A stretch of DNA of 64,000 nucleotides from Polyangiales bacterium (lineage in GTDB: Bacteria > Myxococcota_A > Polyangia > Polyangiales > JADJQN01). The stretch spans positions 341,609-405,608 of the forward strand of contig CAXNJO010000005.1 of the NCBI GenBank assembly GCA_964202905.1, given 5' to 3'. Each line of letters begins with the position of its first letter. Within the stretch, counting starts at the first letter, position 1. The notes under the pieces are model-generated. The model searched no databases. It had not been told where the DNA came from and worked only from the letters and a program-made list of their open reading frames with translations. Position numbers and translations under genes: made by a program. Below, piece after piece: positions 10,960 to 20,704 of this stretch.

Positions 10960-11901
10960 TCAGAGCGTGCCGCGGAGTAGCAACGTGCCCCCGCCCGGCC
11001 GGGGACCGAAGCCGAGCGAGAGGCGCACATCGGCGCCCGGCCGGGACGCGCGCGCGCTGGGCTGCGCGTCCCGCGGCGTCTCCGGTTCGTGCGTGAACAC
11101 GAGATAGAGGCCCACGCCCGCGGCCACGGCGCCCGCGATCACGCCGATGTCGGCAAGCAGGGAAAACGCGAAATCCCGGGAGATGGCGGAGCTTGCGGTC
11201 TCTTGGCACAACGTGCGTTCGCCGACGGTCGTGCAGAGCGCCTCGAGGTCGCTGCGCGCGCCGAGCGCGAGCACGCCGAACACCGCGCCCGCGGCCGCGA
11301 GCGCGCCGCCGCCGATCGTGAGCGACCAGCCGACGACGGGCACGGACGACTCGTCGGACGCGGGGCCGCCCCCGGAGCGCATGGCCGCTGCGGCGGCCTC
11401 GGCCGCGGTGCGCGCGATGCGCTCCTGATCGGCGCGGCGCTCGGCGGTCTCGCGCTGCTGGCGCGCGACGCGATCCTCGAGTCCGCGGATGCGGCGATCG
11501 AGCACGGCGATCTCGTCGGAGGGCGCGTCCTCGCGGTAGTAGCGGAGGTTGTCGAGGGCCTCCGAGAGCATGCCGAGACGCTCCTGCGCGTTGGCGATGT
11601 TGTAGAGCAGGAGCGGGCGCGCGCTCAGCCCGTAGGCCTGCTCGAAGGCGGAGATGGCCTCCTCGTAGCGGCCCTCCTCGTACGCGGTCTGCCCCTGTTC
11701 GAAGAGCGCGCGCGCCTGCCGCTCACGGGCATCGACGCGCCGCTGCGCCGAGGCCACCGCGGGGGCGACGAGCAGCGGGACGAGCAGCGCGGCGGTGAGC
11801 GCGACGAGGAGCGCGAGGGCCGCGGCGGGAGCGAGCCCACGCGCAGGAGTGCGGCCCTCGAGGGAGCCGTTCGCGGAGCGGGTGCGTGTCGTCAGTCCCA
11901 T
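10960..11901 (-). CDS. Exported TPR-repeat protein with C-terminal hydrophobic segments (myxobacterial TPR type)
   Basis: Signal peptide ...ASAQ; ARALFEQG..AYEEGRYEEAI..FEQAY...LLYNIA TPR pattern. Confidence 0.8.
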   Translation of the reverse strand: MGLTTRTRSANGSLEGRTPARGLAPAAALALLVALTAALLVPLLVAPAVASAQRRVDARERQARALFEQGQTAYEEGRYEEAISAFEQAYGLSARPLLLYNIANAQERLGMLSEALDNLRYYREDAPSDEIAVLDRRIRGLEDRVARQQRETAERRADQERIARTAAEAAAAAMRSGGGPASDESSVPVVGWSLTIGGGALAAAGAVFGVLALGARSDLEALCTTVGERTLCQETASSAISRDFAFSLLADIGVIAGAVAAGVGLYLVFTHEPETPRDAQPSARASRPGADVRLSLGFGPRPGGGTLLLRGTL

Positions 11902-13667
11902 GGGTTGCGTACGTCTCCTCCGCGCCGCGGGGCAGGGGTCGGGGTGCCGGTGGACGGGGCAGCCGGGCGCCCGCCGCCGCCGCCGCGCCGGGAGAGCGTG
12001 ACCTGCACTTCGCCTTGCCCCGCGAAGATCACGACGTGCCGCGAGACGTGGCCGGGCGCGCGGACCTCGACCTCCCACGACTCGCCGGGGGGAACCGGCA
12101 GCAGCGCCCCGCAGTCGCCGAGATCCGTCGCGCCGCGCAGCAGACGCGCTCCTTGGACGTTGCAGCGCATGCGCACCGGGGGCGTGGCGACGGCCGCGGG
12201 CGCGGGCAGCGCCTCCACGGCCGCAGGCTGCCCGGGCGGGGGCGGCGCGACGGGCGGCAGCAGGGCGACTTCGAGGGGCGTCGGCGCCGCGCGCGGCACG
12301 GGATCGGGGCGCGTCGCGACGTAGTAGGCCGTCGCGCCGAGCCCCACGAGGCCGAGCGCGACGAGCACGCCGAGGAAGCCCGCGAGGCCGCTCTGCGCCG
12401 CGGAGCGCGCGGGCGGCGGGACCGGCTGGAACGCGCCGCCCACCGAGGAGCGGCCCGTCCCCGAGGCGTCGAGGCCCGGGGCGCCGCCGGGCGTCGAGAA
12501 GGCCGTGTACGTCGCGCTGGTCGGCTCGGGGGAATACTCGTCGCGCAGCTGCGTGAACGCGCCGCTCGCGTCCGGGGCGAGGCCCGCACGCAGCGGGGAC
12601 GACGGCGGCGGCGCGGAGGGCGGTGGCGCGACGCGCGTCGGCGCGACGGCGATGCCCGAGTCGGGGACCGGCGTGAGGCCGGTGAGGTGGGGCAGCGTCG
12701 TGAGCGCGGACGAGGACAGCTCGGGCAGCGAGGCGGACCGCAGGGCGCGCTCGCACTGCGTCAACTCCCGCTCGACCTCCTCGAGCGATGGGAAGCGGTC
12801 GCGCGGCTCCTTCGCGAGGCAGCGCCGGACGAGCCCCTCGAGACGCGGCGGCACCCCATGGCGCGGGTGCACCTGGCGCAGCGACGGGGGCTCCTTGCCG
12901 ACGTGGGCCGCGAAAATGTCGAACTTGCTGTTGCCGTCGAAGGGCGGGCGACCGGCCAGCGCGTGGAAGAGCACCGCGCCGAGCGCGTACACGTCGCTCG
13001 CCGCGGTGACCTCGCGGCCGGTGATCTGCTCGGGCGACATGTAACGCGGCGTGCCCATCATCACGCCGCTCTGCGTGAGCTCGGTGCCGGGCTCCTCGTC
13101 GCCGAGCACCTTCACGAGGCCGAAGTCGAGCACCTTCACGAAGTCGTCGTCGGAGCCGCGCCGCGTGAGCAGCACGTTCGAGGGCTTGAGGTCGCGGTGC
13201 ACGACCCCGTGCGTGTGCGCCTCGCCGAGCGACCCACAGATCTGGCGCCCGACGTGGATGGCGCGGAGCGGCTCCATCGGCCCCTCCGCGCGGAGCACCT
13301 GCGCGAGCGTGCGGCCCGCGATCAGCTCCATCGCGATGAAGTAGAGGTCGTCGTCCGCGACCCCGTAATCGAAGATGACGATCGTGTTCGGGTGGTTGAG
13401 CTTCGCGGCCGTCGCGGCCTCGAGGAAGAAGCGCCGCTGGAAGTCGCCCCGCGTCGCGACGACGCCGCGCACGTCGAGCACCTTGAGCGCGATCTGCCGG
13501 CCGAGGGGGCGCTGCACGGCGCGGTAGACGCGGCCCATGCCGCCGCGCGCGATGGAGGCGACGACCTCGAACCGCTCGTTGAGCGTGCGCCCGACGAGCG
13601 GGTCCGACTCGACGGGATCGGCGTCGACGGCGAGCGTCGTCCGCGTCCGCACCGGTTCGTCGCGCAT
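11892..13667 (-). CDS. Hanks-type Ser/Thr protein kinase with TM helix and PEGA-like C-terminus
   Basis: GGMGRVY, ALKVL, HRDLKPSN, DFG, GTPRYMSPEQ and DVYALG all intact. Confidence 0.93.
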   Translation of the reverse strand: MRDEPVRTRTTLAVDADPVESDPLVGRTLNERFEVVASIARGGMGRVYRAVQRPLGRQIALKVLDVRGVVATRGDFQRRFFLEAATAAKLNHPNTIVIFDYGVADDDLYFIAMELIAGRTLAQVLRAEGPMEPLRAIHVGRQICGSLGEAHTHGVVHRDLKPSNVLLTRRGSDDDFVKVLDFGLVKVLGDEEPGTELTQSGVMMGTPRYMSPEQITGREVTAASDVYALGAVLFHALAGRPPFDGNSKFDIFAAHVGKEPPSLRQVHPRHGVPPRLEGLVRRCLAKEPRDRFPSLEEVERELTQCERALRSASLPELSSSALTTLPHLTGLTPVPDSGIAVAPTRVAPPPSAPPPSSPLRAGLAPDASGAFTQLRDEYSPEPTSATYTAFSTPGGAPGLDASGTGRSSVGGAFQPVPPPARSAAQSGLAGFLGVLVALGLVGLGATAYYVATRPDPVPRAAPTPLEVALLPPVAPPPPGQPAAVEALPAPAAVATPPVRMRCNVQGARLLRGATDLGDCGALLPVPPGESWEVEVRAPGHVSRHVVIFAGQGEVQVTLSRRGGGGGRPAAPSTGTPTPAPRRGGDVRNPWD

Positions 13668-13766
13668 CGCTTCGAGGGTCACACCTCGCCCCCGGGGGGT
13701 CAAGCGACGCGCGCGAAACGCGGGTGAATCCCGCAGGATGCGCCCGTCGAATGCCGCGCTTCCCGC

Positions 13767-13796
13767 TTGACGGCCACGCCCGCGGGCCGGTTCAAT
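13767..13796 (+). promoter_or_regulatory. Sigma70-like promoter of the FHA-ATPase gene (probably leaderless)
   Basis: TTGACG-18nt-TTCAAT, with ATG 6 nt after the -10. Confidence 0.45.
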
Positions 13797-13802
13797 GCGC
13801 GC

Positions 13803-15887
13803 ATGTTCACCGTCGTCATCACGGAAAAGGGCGGCTCCCAGCGCACGCTCGAGTTCGACCGGCCCGAGATCACCATCGGACGCGTGCAGGGCAACGACAT
13901 CATCCTCCCCAAGGGGAACGTGTCGAAGAAGCACTCCCGCATCGTGTTGAAGGACGGGCGCTTCATCGTCGTCGATTTGAAGAGCACGAACGGCACGTAC
14001 GTGAACGGCCGCAAAATCACGTCGCCGCTCGTCGTGAAGTCGACGGACAAGATCTACATCGGCGACTTCATCCTCACGGTCGAGGAGCCGGGTGGCTACG
14101 CGGGCGCTGCCGAAGAGGCCGCGCCGGCCTCGGAGCCGCCGCCGCCCCCCGCGCCGCAGCCGACGCTCGACCGGCGCCCGCCCCCGCTGCGACCCGCAGC
14201 CGCGCCCGGCGCGGGCCTGCCGTCCATCGCGCGCCCGACGATGCGCGGCTTCGAGAATTCGCCCGGCGCGCCGCCCCCGATCCCGCCCCGCGGCGAGGCG
14301 CCGCCCGCACGCCCGGTCCTCGCGTCGCAGCCGCCGCCACCGGCACCGCCCGAGCGCTTCGCCCTCGATGAGGACCCCTCGGACGAGTCGGTCCCGCCGC
14401 GGCCGCGCATCGCCGAGCGCGGCGGCCCCGCGCGCCCGACCACGCCGCCCCCGCCCAGCACGGGACTCGACGCCGACGCCGACGAGATGACGCCGGTGCC
14501 GGCCTCGAGCAGGGCCTACAACGCGCCGCCCGCCTACGCCGCGCCGCAGCCCGCGTACAACGCGCCGCAGCCCGCCTACGCGCCGCATCCCGCGTACAAC
14601 GCGCCGCCGTCGGCACCGCAGTCAGCCCCTCACACGGCGCCCCAGCCCGCGCCCTACGCGCCGCCGCCCGCCTACGCGGCACCCCAGCCCGCACCGCAGC
14701 CGGCCCCTCACGCGCCGTACACGTCGTCGACCGCGACGCTGCCACCGCAGACCCCAGCCGCCGCGGCCGCCGCGACGGGTCGGCTCGCTCGCCCGCTCAC
14801 GGCGCGCGGCGTCCCGCAGGCCGCCCTGCGGGCCCTCGTCGCCCGCGCGTCCCAGTCGTTCGACGCGCACGCGACCGAGCCGCGCGCGCTCGGCGAGGAG
14901 CAGCGCTGGCGCGACGCGCAGGGCGCGATCGACGCCGGGCTCGCGGCGCTCGGGCACGACGCCGCGCTCGAGGGCGTCGACCGTGAGGCCCTCGGCAGCG
15001 CGGCGCTCCGCGAGTTCGTCGGCCTCGGCGCGCTCGACGGACTGCTCGGCGAGGCGGGCGTGCGCGAGATCCTCGTCGAGGGCCCCGGGCGCGTGCTCGT
15101 CGACGTCGGCGACGGCCTCACGCCGAGCGCGCTCGCGTTCTCGTCGCACGACGCCGTGCGCACGATCGCGCGCCGCATCCTCGCGCGCGTGGGCGACGAC
15201 CTCGATGCGTCGCGCCCGGTGTCCGAGGCGCGCGTCGGCGACGCGTGGAGCGCACACATCGTCGGCGCGCCCGTGGTCGCGCAGGGCGCGCTGCTCTCGC
15301 TCACGCGCATCGACCGTCGCCCCGTGAGCGCAGCGGCGCTCGTCGAGCGCGGCGTGCTCGGCGCGGCGGAGTTCGAGCGGCTCCGCGCCGCGATCGCCGC
15401 GCGGCGCAGCGTGCTCGTGAGCGGCCCCGGCGGCGTGACGCAGCTGCTCGGTGCGCTCGCCGGGCTGATCGGGCCGCAGGAGCGCCTCGTCGTCGTCGAG
15501 GACGTCGCCGGGCTCGCGGTCGACCACGAGCACGCGATCGTGCTGCAGGCGGGCGGCGCGGGCTCGACGGTCACGCTGCGCGACGTGTTGCGCGAAGCCG
15601 AGCGGCTGCGTCCCGATCGGCTCGTCGTCGACGACGTCCGCGGCGCCGAGGCCTACGACGTGCTCGTCGCGATGGCGGCACGTCGCGGGCGTGTGCTCGC
15701 GGGCGTGCACGCGTCCTCGCCGGACGACGCGCTCCGCCACCTCGAGTTGCTCGCCTGCCTCGACGGGCGCGCGCAGGCCGCCGGCGCCCACGCGCTGATC
15801 CGCGCGGCGGTGCAGGTCGTCGTGCAGCTCGCGCCCACCGCGGACGGCGTCTCGTACCGCGTGGCGGCGATCGAAGACGTCCGATAG
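13803..15887 (+). CDS. FHA domain, Pro-rich linker and degenerate CpaF/VirB11-like secretion ATPase domain
   Basis: FHA motifs IGR..GND, VSKKHSR, DLKSTNGTYVNG; CpaF-like motifs LVVVED, LRPDRLVVDDVRGAEA, HASSPDDAL; Walker A lacks GKT. Confidence 0.85.
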   Translation: MFTVVITEKGGSQRTLEFDRPEITIGRVQGNDIILPKGNVSKKHSRIVLKDGRFIVVDLKSTNGTYVNGRKITSPLVVKSTDKIYIGDFILTVEEPGGYAGAAEEAAPASEPPPPPAPQPTLDRRPPPLRPAAAPGAGLPSIARPTMRGFENSPGAPPPIPPRGEAPPARPVLASQPPPPAPPERFALDEDPSDESVPPRPRIAERGGPARPTTPPPPSTGLDADADEMTPVPASSRAYNAPPAYAAPQPAYNAPQPAYAPHPAYNAPPSAPQSAPHTAPQPAPYAPPPAYAAPQPAPQPAPHAPYTSSTATLPPQTPAAAAAATGRLARPLTARGVPQAALRALVARASQSFDAHATEPRALGEEQRWRDAQGAIDAGLAALGHDAALEGVDREALGSAALREFVGLGALDGLLGEAGVREILVEGPGRVLVDVGDGLTPSALAFSSHDAVRTIARRILARVGDDLDASRPVSEARVGDAWSAHIVGAPVVAQGALLSLTRIDRRPVSAAALVERGVLGAAEFERLRAAIAARRSVLVSGPGGVTQLLGALAGLIGPQERLVVVEDVAGLAVDHEHAIVLQAGGAGSTVTLRDVLREAERLRPDRLVVDDVRGAEAYDVLVAMAARRGRVLAGVHASSPDDALRHLELLACLDGRAQAAGAHALIRAAVQVVVQLAPTADGVSYRVAAIEDVR

Positions 15888-15946
15888 TCGCTCAAAGCGC
15901 TGAAATCAGAGCTGAATCCGCCGCGCCGTGACGAGCGCGGTGGGGT

Positions 15947-16453
15947 TCAGGTGCCTTGCTTCCGGGGGGCGGCGGGCTCTTCGATCTCCGCGTCTTCCGC
16001 CTCGTCGGCGCGGGCGCGAACCCGCGGTGCGCCGGGGCCGCGCGCCGGGGGCGACTTGCCCTCGGAGCCCGTGTTGTCGAGCTCCACGAGCGCGCCGACG
16101 AGCGCGCCGACGAGCGGCGCGAAGACGAGCGGCAGGCTCGACCAGCGCGCGGCCGGGTCGACGCCGGGAATCGCGAACGGCCACGCGAACGCCGCGAAGC
16201 GACCCGCGAGGTACGCGAAGAGCGCGCCGAGCCCGACGCCGACGACGCCCTTCAGCGACGCCTCGATCCACGCGCCCTCACGCCAGGGCGGGCGCCCGGC
16301 GAGCACCGCGGCGCTCGCGGCCGTCGCCATCGCGACGAGGTAGCCGAGCAGAGGCTCGACCGTCGTCCAGCCCAGCCCGAAGTGCAGGCCCGCACCGACG
16401 ACGCCCCCCACGACGAGGCCCTTCAGCCACCCGACGCCGAAGCGCTTCAGCAT
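15947..16453 (-). CDS. Hypothetical membrane protein (about 4 TM segments)
   Basis: Hydrophobic segments from MLKRFGVGWLKGL, acidic tail. Confidence 0.65.
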   Translation of the reverse strand: MLKRFGVGWLKGLVVGGVVGAGLHFGLGWTTVEPLLGYLVAMATAASAAVLAGRPPWREGAWIEASLKGVVGVGLGALFAYLAGRFAAFAWPFAIPGVDPAARWSSLPLVFAPLVGALVGALVELDNTGSEGKSPPARGPGAPRVRARADEAEDAEIEEPAAPRKQGT

Positions 16454-16767
16454 CCCGCGAGCATGCCGACGCGTTCCCCTCGCGGCAAGGCAGCGCGCGT
16501 CGTACGCGCCGCGCGCTGTGCGCCCCGCGCCGTCACTCGGCGTCGACGACGTGGCCTGCGGCGAGCAGCGCCGAGAGCGCCAGCAGGGGCGCGGCGCCCG
16601 GCTTCGGTGGGCGCTCGACCTCGACGAAGACGCCGGACACGCCGACGTCGCGCGCGGTGTGGTGTCGCGCGACCCAGCGACGATGCGGACCCGTCGCCCT
16701 CGGGCGCGCACGGCGGCCCCCCAGGCCGCGCGGCCACCGTCACGCGAAGCTGCTAAGAGGAGCGCCG

Positions 16768-17628
16768 ATGACGCCCTTGGAGCTGCTCGAGCGCGACCTC
16801 TCCCGTGACCTCGGCCGCGCGATCGCGGACTTCGACCTGATCAGCGAGGGCGACCGCGTGATGGTGTGCGTCTCGGGCGGCAAGGACAGCTACACGCTGC
16901 TGCACCTGCTCGAGCGTGCGCGGCGACGCGCACCCGTGCGCTTCGAGCTCGTCGCGGTGCACCTCGATCAAGGGCACCCCGGCTACGACGGCGCGCCGCT
17001 CGAGGGCTGGCTGCGCGACGGCGGCCACACCTACCGCATCCTGCGCGAGGACACGTACTCGATCGTCACCGACAAGATCGCGCCCGGCGCGACGTACTGC
17101 TCGCTCTGCTCGCGGCTGCGGCGCGGCGTGCTCTACAACGCGGCGCAGGCGCTCGGCTGCACGAAGATCGCGCTTGGCCACCACCGCGACGACGCGCTCG
17201 AGACGCTGCTGCTGAACCTGATGTTCACCGGCTCGCTCAAGGCGATGCCGCCGAAACTGCGCAGCGACGACGGCCGCAACGTCGTCATCCGCCCGCTCAT
17301 CTACTGCGCCGAGGCACGCATCGCGGCGCTCGCCGAGGCGCTCGCCTTCCCGATCCTGCCCTGCGATCTCTGCGGCTCGCAGGAGAACCTCATGCGCAAG
17401 CAGGTCAAGCAGCTGCTCGGCGAGATGGAGCGCCTCGCGCCCCGCGCGCGCGAGTCGATGCTGGCCGCGCTCGGCAACGTGAAGGCCACGCACCTGCTCG
17501 ACACGGGGCTCTGGGAGCAGCTCGGCCTGCCGCTCGCGCGCGAGGGCGAAGAGGCCGTGCGCGCCCCCCGCGACGGCGCCGCGGGCAAGACGCTCCCGGC
17601 TGCGCGGCGCCTGCCCGTGCTCGGCTGA
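16768..17628 (+). CDS. ttcA: tRNA 2-thiocytidine(32) synthetase TtcA
   Basis: PP-loop SGGKDS, CSLCSRLRRG, GHHRDD, PCDLCGSQ; GAGGAG RBS. Confidence 0.95.
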   Translation: MTPLELLERDLSRDLGRAIADFDLISEGDRVMVCVSGGKDSYTLLHLLERARRRAPVRFELVAVHLDQGHPGYDGAPLEGWLRDGGHTYRILREDTYSIVTDKIAPGATYCSLCSRLRRGVLYNAAQALGCTKIALGHHRDDALETLLLNLMFTGSLKAMPPKLRSDDGRNVVIRPLIYCAEARIAALAEALAFPILPCDLCGSQENLMRKQVKQLLGEMERLAPRARESMLAALGNVKATHLLDTGLWEQLGLPLAREGEEAVRAPRDGAAGKTLPAARRLPVLG

Positions 17629-17687
17629 TCGCGCGCCCGCGTGCGGCGCCGGGCACCGAGGCCGCGCGCGCTGGTACGCTCGCGCGC

Positions 17688-19616
17688 GTGACGCCGACCC
17701 CGCCCACCGCCCCGCCCGCGCGCGACCGCCGCGCCTCCCCGCCCGCCTCCCCGCGCCGCGTCGCCGCGCGCTTCGCGTGGGCCGCGCTCGCGACCCTCGC
17801 TGCGTGGCTGCAGGCCGGCGTCGGCGCGCACGCGCAGGAGCGCGCGCTCGATCTCTCGCGCACCGTGCCAGCGCTCGACGCGCGCGGCTTCCTCGGGATC
17901 CAGGGCACCGGCACGCCGGGCGCGGGCCTCGCGGACGCGACGCTCACGCTCGACCATGCGTGGCGGCCGCTCGTGGTGCGGACGGCCGACGGGCGCGACG
18001 TGCCGATCGTCGGAGATCGCTTGTCCGCAGACGTCGCGCTGCAGGTCGGTGTCGGCGCGCGCGTCGCGCTCGGCGTCGCAGCGCCGCTCGTGCTGTGGCA
18101 GTCGACCGATGGCCGCGCGCTCGATGGTCGGTCTCTGCCTTCCGTCGCGGCGGGCGACCCGCGGCTCACCGCGCGCGTGCGGCTCCTCGGCGAGGGCGCC
18201 GACGTGGCCCGCGAGCGGCACGAGGGGCCGGGCCTCGCGCTGCAGATCATCGGCTGGCTCCCGGCGGGGCAGAAGGACGCCTTTCTCGGCGAGGGGGCGG
18301 TGCGCCTCGCGGCGCAGCTGCTCGCGGATTTTCACGTGCTCGGCGCGGGGCTCGGCGCCGTGCTCGGCGTCCGGCACCGCTTCGAGCCGCGCGGGCTGCT
18401 CGACGCGCGCTTCGGCTCGGAGGTCGAGTTCGGCCTCGCGCTGAAGCTGCCCATCCCCGTGCTCCGCGACTTCTCGGGCCTCCTCGAGTTCCGCTCGGCG
18501 ACGGACACGGCCGCGCCGTTCGGGGCCGCGACGACGTGGGCAGAGCTCGCGCTCGGCTCGCGGCTCGCGCTCGGCGATCTCGCGCTCACCGGCGCGGTGT
18601 CGCTCGGGCTCACGCGCGGCGTGGGCACGCCCGGCGTGCGCTCGACGCTCGGCCTCGCGTGGTCTCCGCGCACCCACGACCGCGACGGCGATCGCATCCC
18701 CGACGACCGCGACGCGTGCCCGCCGCTCGCCGAGGACCGCGACGGTTTCGAAGACGAGGACGGCTGCCCCGACCCCGACGACGACGCCGACATGGTGCTC
18801 GACCCCGACGACCTCTGCCCGCGCGAGACGGCAGAAGAGGGCCGCGACGACGACGAGGACGGCTGCACGGACCCGGTGCGCGACGCGGACGGCGACGGCC
18901 TCGAGGACGCGCGCGACGCGTGCCCGAACGCCGCGGAGGACGCGGACGGACACGCGGACGACGACGGTTGCCCGGACCCCGACAACGACGGCGACGCCGT
19001 GCCCGACGCGCGCGATCGCTGCCCCGCGCAGGCGGAGGACCGCGACGGCTTCGCCGACGACGACGGCTGCCCCGACCCCGACGACGACGACGACGGCGTC
19101 CGGGATGCCGACGATCGCTGCCCGCGCGTCGCCGAGGACCGCGACGGCCGCGCGGACGACGACGGCTGCCCCGACCCCGACGACGACCTGGACGGCGTGC
19201 CCGACGCGCGCGACGCATGCCCGCTGGAGGCTGAGACCGTCAACGGCGTCGACGACGACGACGGCTGCGCCGATCGCGGCGGACGCGCGCTGTGGCGTGC
19301 GAGCGGCGCGCCCGCGAACGGCGACGCGCGGCTCGTCGGCGCGCTCGCGTTCGGCCGCGGCGGGGTGCTGGGCGCGGCGGCCGGCCCCGCGCTCGACCAG
19401 CTCGCGCGCGTGCTCCGCGGGTGGCTCGTCGCGCAGCCGCGCTGGCAGATCGCGCTCGCGCCCGGCGCCGAGGCCCGCGGGGCGGCGCTGCTCGGTGCGC
19501 TCCGCGCGCGCGACCTCGACGTCGGCGCGCTGCGCGTCGTCGTCGACCCGACGTTGCGCGGCGTACAGGTCGTCGTCTCTCCCACCCCGTCGCTGTCTTC
19601 GTTGCCCGCGCCCTGA
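17688..19616 (+). CDS. Outer-membrane beta-barrel with thrombospondin type-3 repeats and degenerate OmpA-like tail (TraB-like architecture)
   Basis: Signal peptide ...AHAQ, GDPRL and RGVGTP barrel motifs, multiple DxDxDG..D..D.CP / EDxDGFxDxDGCPD repeats. Confidence 0.75.
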   Translation: MTPTPPTAPPARDRRASPPASPRRVAARFAWAALATLAAWLQAGVGAHAQERALDLSRTVPALDARGFLGIQGTGTPGAGLADATLTLDHAWRPLVVRTADGRDVPIVGDRLSADVALQVGVGARVALGVAAPLVLWQSTDGRALDGRSLPSVAAGDPRLTARVRLLGEGADVARERHEGPGLALQIIGWLPAGQKDAFLGEGAVRLAAQLLADFHVLGAGLGAVLGVRHRFEPRGLLDARFGSEVEFGLALKLPIPVLRDFSGLLEFRSATDTAAPFGAATTWAELALGSRLALGDLALTGAVSLGLTRGVGTPGVRSTLGLAWSPRTHDRDGDRIPDDRDACPPLAEDRDGFEDEDGCPDPDDDADMVLDPDDLCPRETAEEGRDDDEDGCTDPVRDADGDGLEDARDACPNAAEDADGHADDDGCPDPDNDGDAVPDARDRCPAQAEDRDGFADDDGCPDPDDDDDGVRDADDRCPRVAEDRDGRADDDGCPDPDDDLDGVPDARDACPLEAETVNGVDDDDGCADRGGRALWRASGAPANGDARLVGALAFGRGGVLGAAAGPALDQLARVLRGWLVAQPRWQIALAPGAEARGAALLGALRARDLDVGALRVVVDPTLRGVQVVVSPTPSLSSLPAP

Positions 19617-19714
19617 CGCGGCGTGGATCTCCCATTGACCGGGGGCCACCTGCTCCGCGTAAGCTCACCGACAGGGTGCGCTGCTGCTTCGCGTCGCCCC
19701 GATGGGTGCAGGAA

Positions 19715-20650
19715 ATGTCATCGCGCCCCCGCCCTGCCCGGCTCGCCCTGATCGTCATCGCCTGCGCCCTCGGCGCCGCGTCCGCCGTGTGCGGGCCGGA
19801 CGCGGGCGCCGCGCAGGACCGCGCCGCGCTGCAACGGCTGCTCGACGACAAGGAGCGCGACTTCCGCGTGCGCGTGCAGGCCGCGTTCGCGATGGGCAAC
19901 ACGCGCGACGCGGCGTTCGGCGCGCCGCTCACCCGCGCGCTCGGCGACGCGAACCCCGCCGTGCGCGCGGCGGCGGCGACCGCGCTCGGTCGCCTCGGCG
20001 ACGCGTCCACACTCCCTGCCCTGCGGCGCGCCGCGCGCGACTCCTCCGCGTCGGTGCGCATGCAGGTCGAGCGCGCGCTCCGCAGCGTCGAGGCCGCAGG
20101 CCGCCCCGCGCCCGCGACGCCGCCCCTGCTGGCGCCCGCCGCGGGCGTCGGCGCGTACGCCGCGGTCTCCGTGATCCCCGCCGCGACGGCGTTCGACTGG
20201 CGCGAGGCGCGCTACGTCGTGACCGTCGGCGAGATGAACAACCGCTCGGGCTTCGCGGGGGAGGCGCTCGCGCAGAAGCTCCGCAGCGAGGTCGAGCGCA
20301 ACCTCCGCTTGCTGCGGGGCGTGGCCGTGATCGGCGCCCCCGACGAGCGCGCCGAGCGCGAGATCGCGCGGCGCCGTCTGCCCCGCGTGCGGCTCGACGG
20401 AAACCTCGCGCGCGTCGAGCGGCGCGCCCAGGCGAGCGCGCTCTCGGTGCGCTGCGAGGTGAGCCTCGTGATCCTCGACGAGCCGAGCCGCAACATGCGC
20501 GGCGCGCTGAGCGGCGCGGCGACGGGCAGCGACGCCCCACGCGGCGCACGCCCCGAACAGGAGCGCCGCCTCGCCGAGCAGGCGCTCGAGGGCGCGGTCC
20601 GCGGGGCCATGCGGCAGGCCCCCGCCGCGCTCGCCGCCGTCGCGCGCTGA
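19715..20650 (+). CDS. Exported HEAT-repeat protein
   Basis: Signal peptide; repeats RVRVQAAFAMG, D.NPAVRAAAATALGRLG, DSSASVR. Confidence 0.75.
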   Translation: MSSRPRPARLALIVIACALGAASAVCGPDAGAAQDRAALQRLLDDKERDFRVRVQAAFAMGNTRDAAFGAPLTRALGDANPAVRAAAATALGRLGDASTLPALRRAARDSSASVRMQVERALRSVEAAGRPAPATPPLLAPAAGVGAYAAVSVIPAATAFDWREARYVVTVGEMNNRSGFAGEALAQKLRSEVERNLRLLRGVAVIGAPDERAEREIARRRLPRVRLDGNLARVERRAQASALSVRCEVSLVILDEPSRNMRGALSGAATGSDAPRGARPEQERRLAEQALEGAVRGAMRQAPAALAAVAR

Positions 20651-20704
20651 CGGCGCCCACACGTTCTGCTGCGCGGAGGCCGCGCGATTTGCTACCGTGG
20701 CGGC

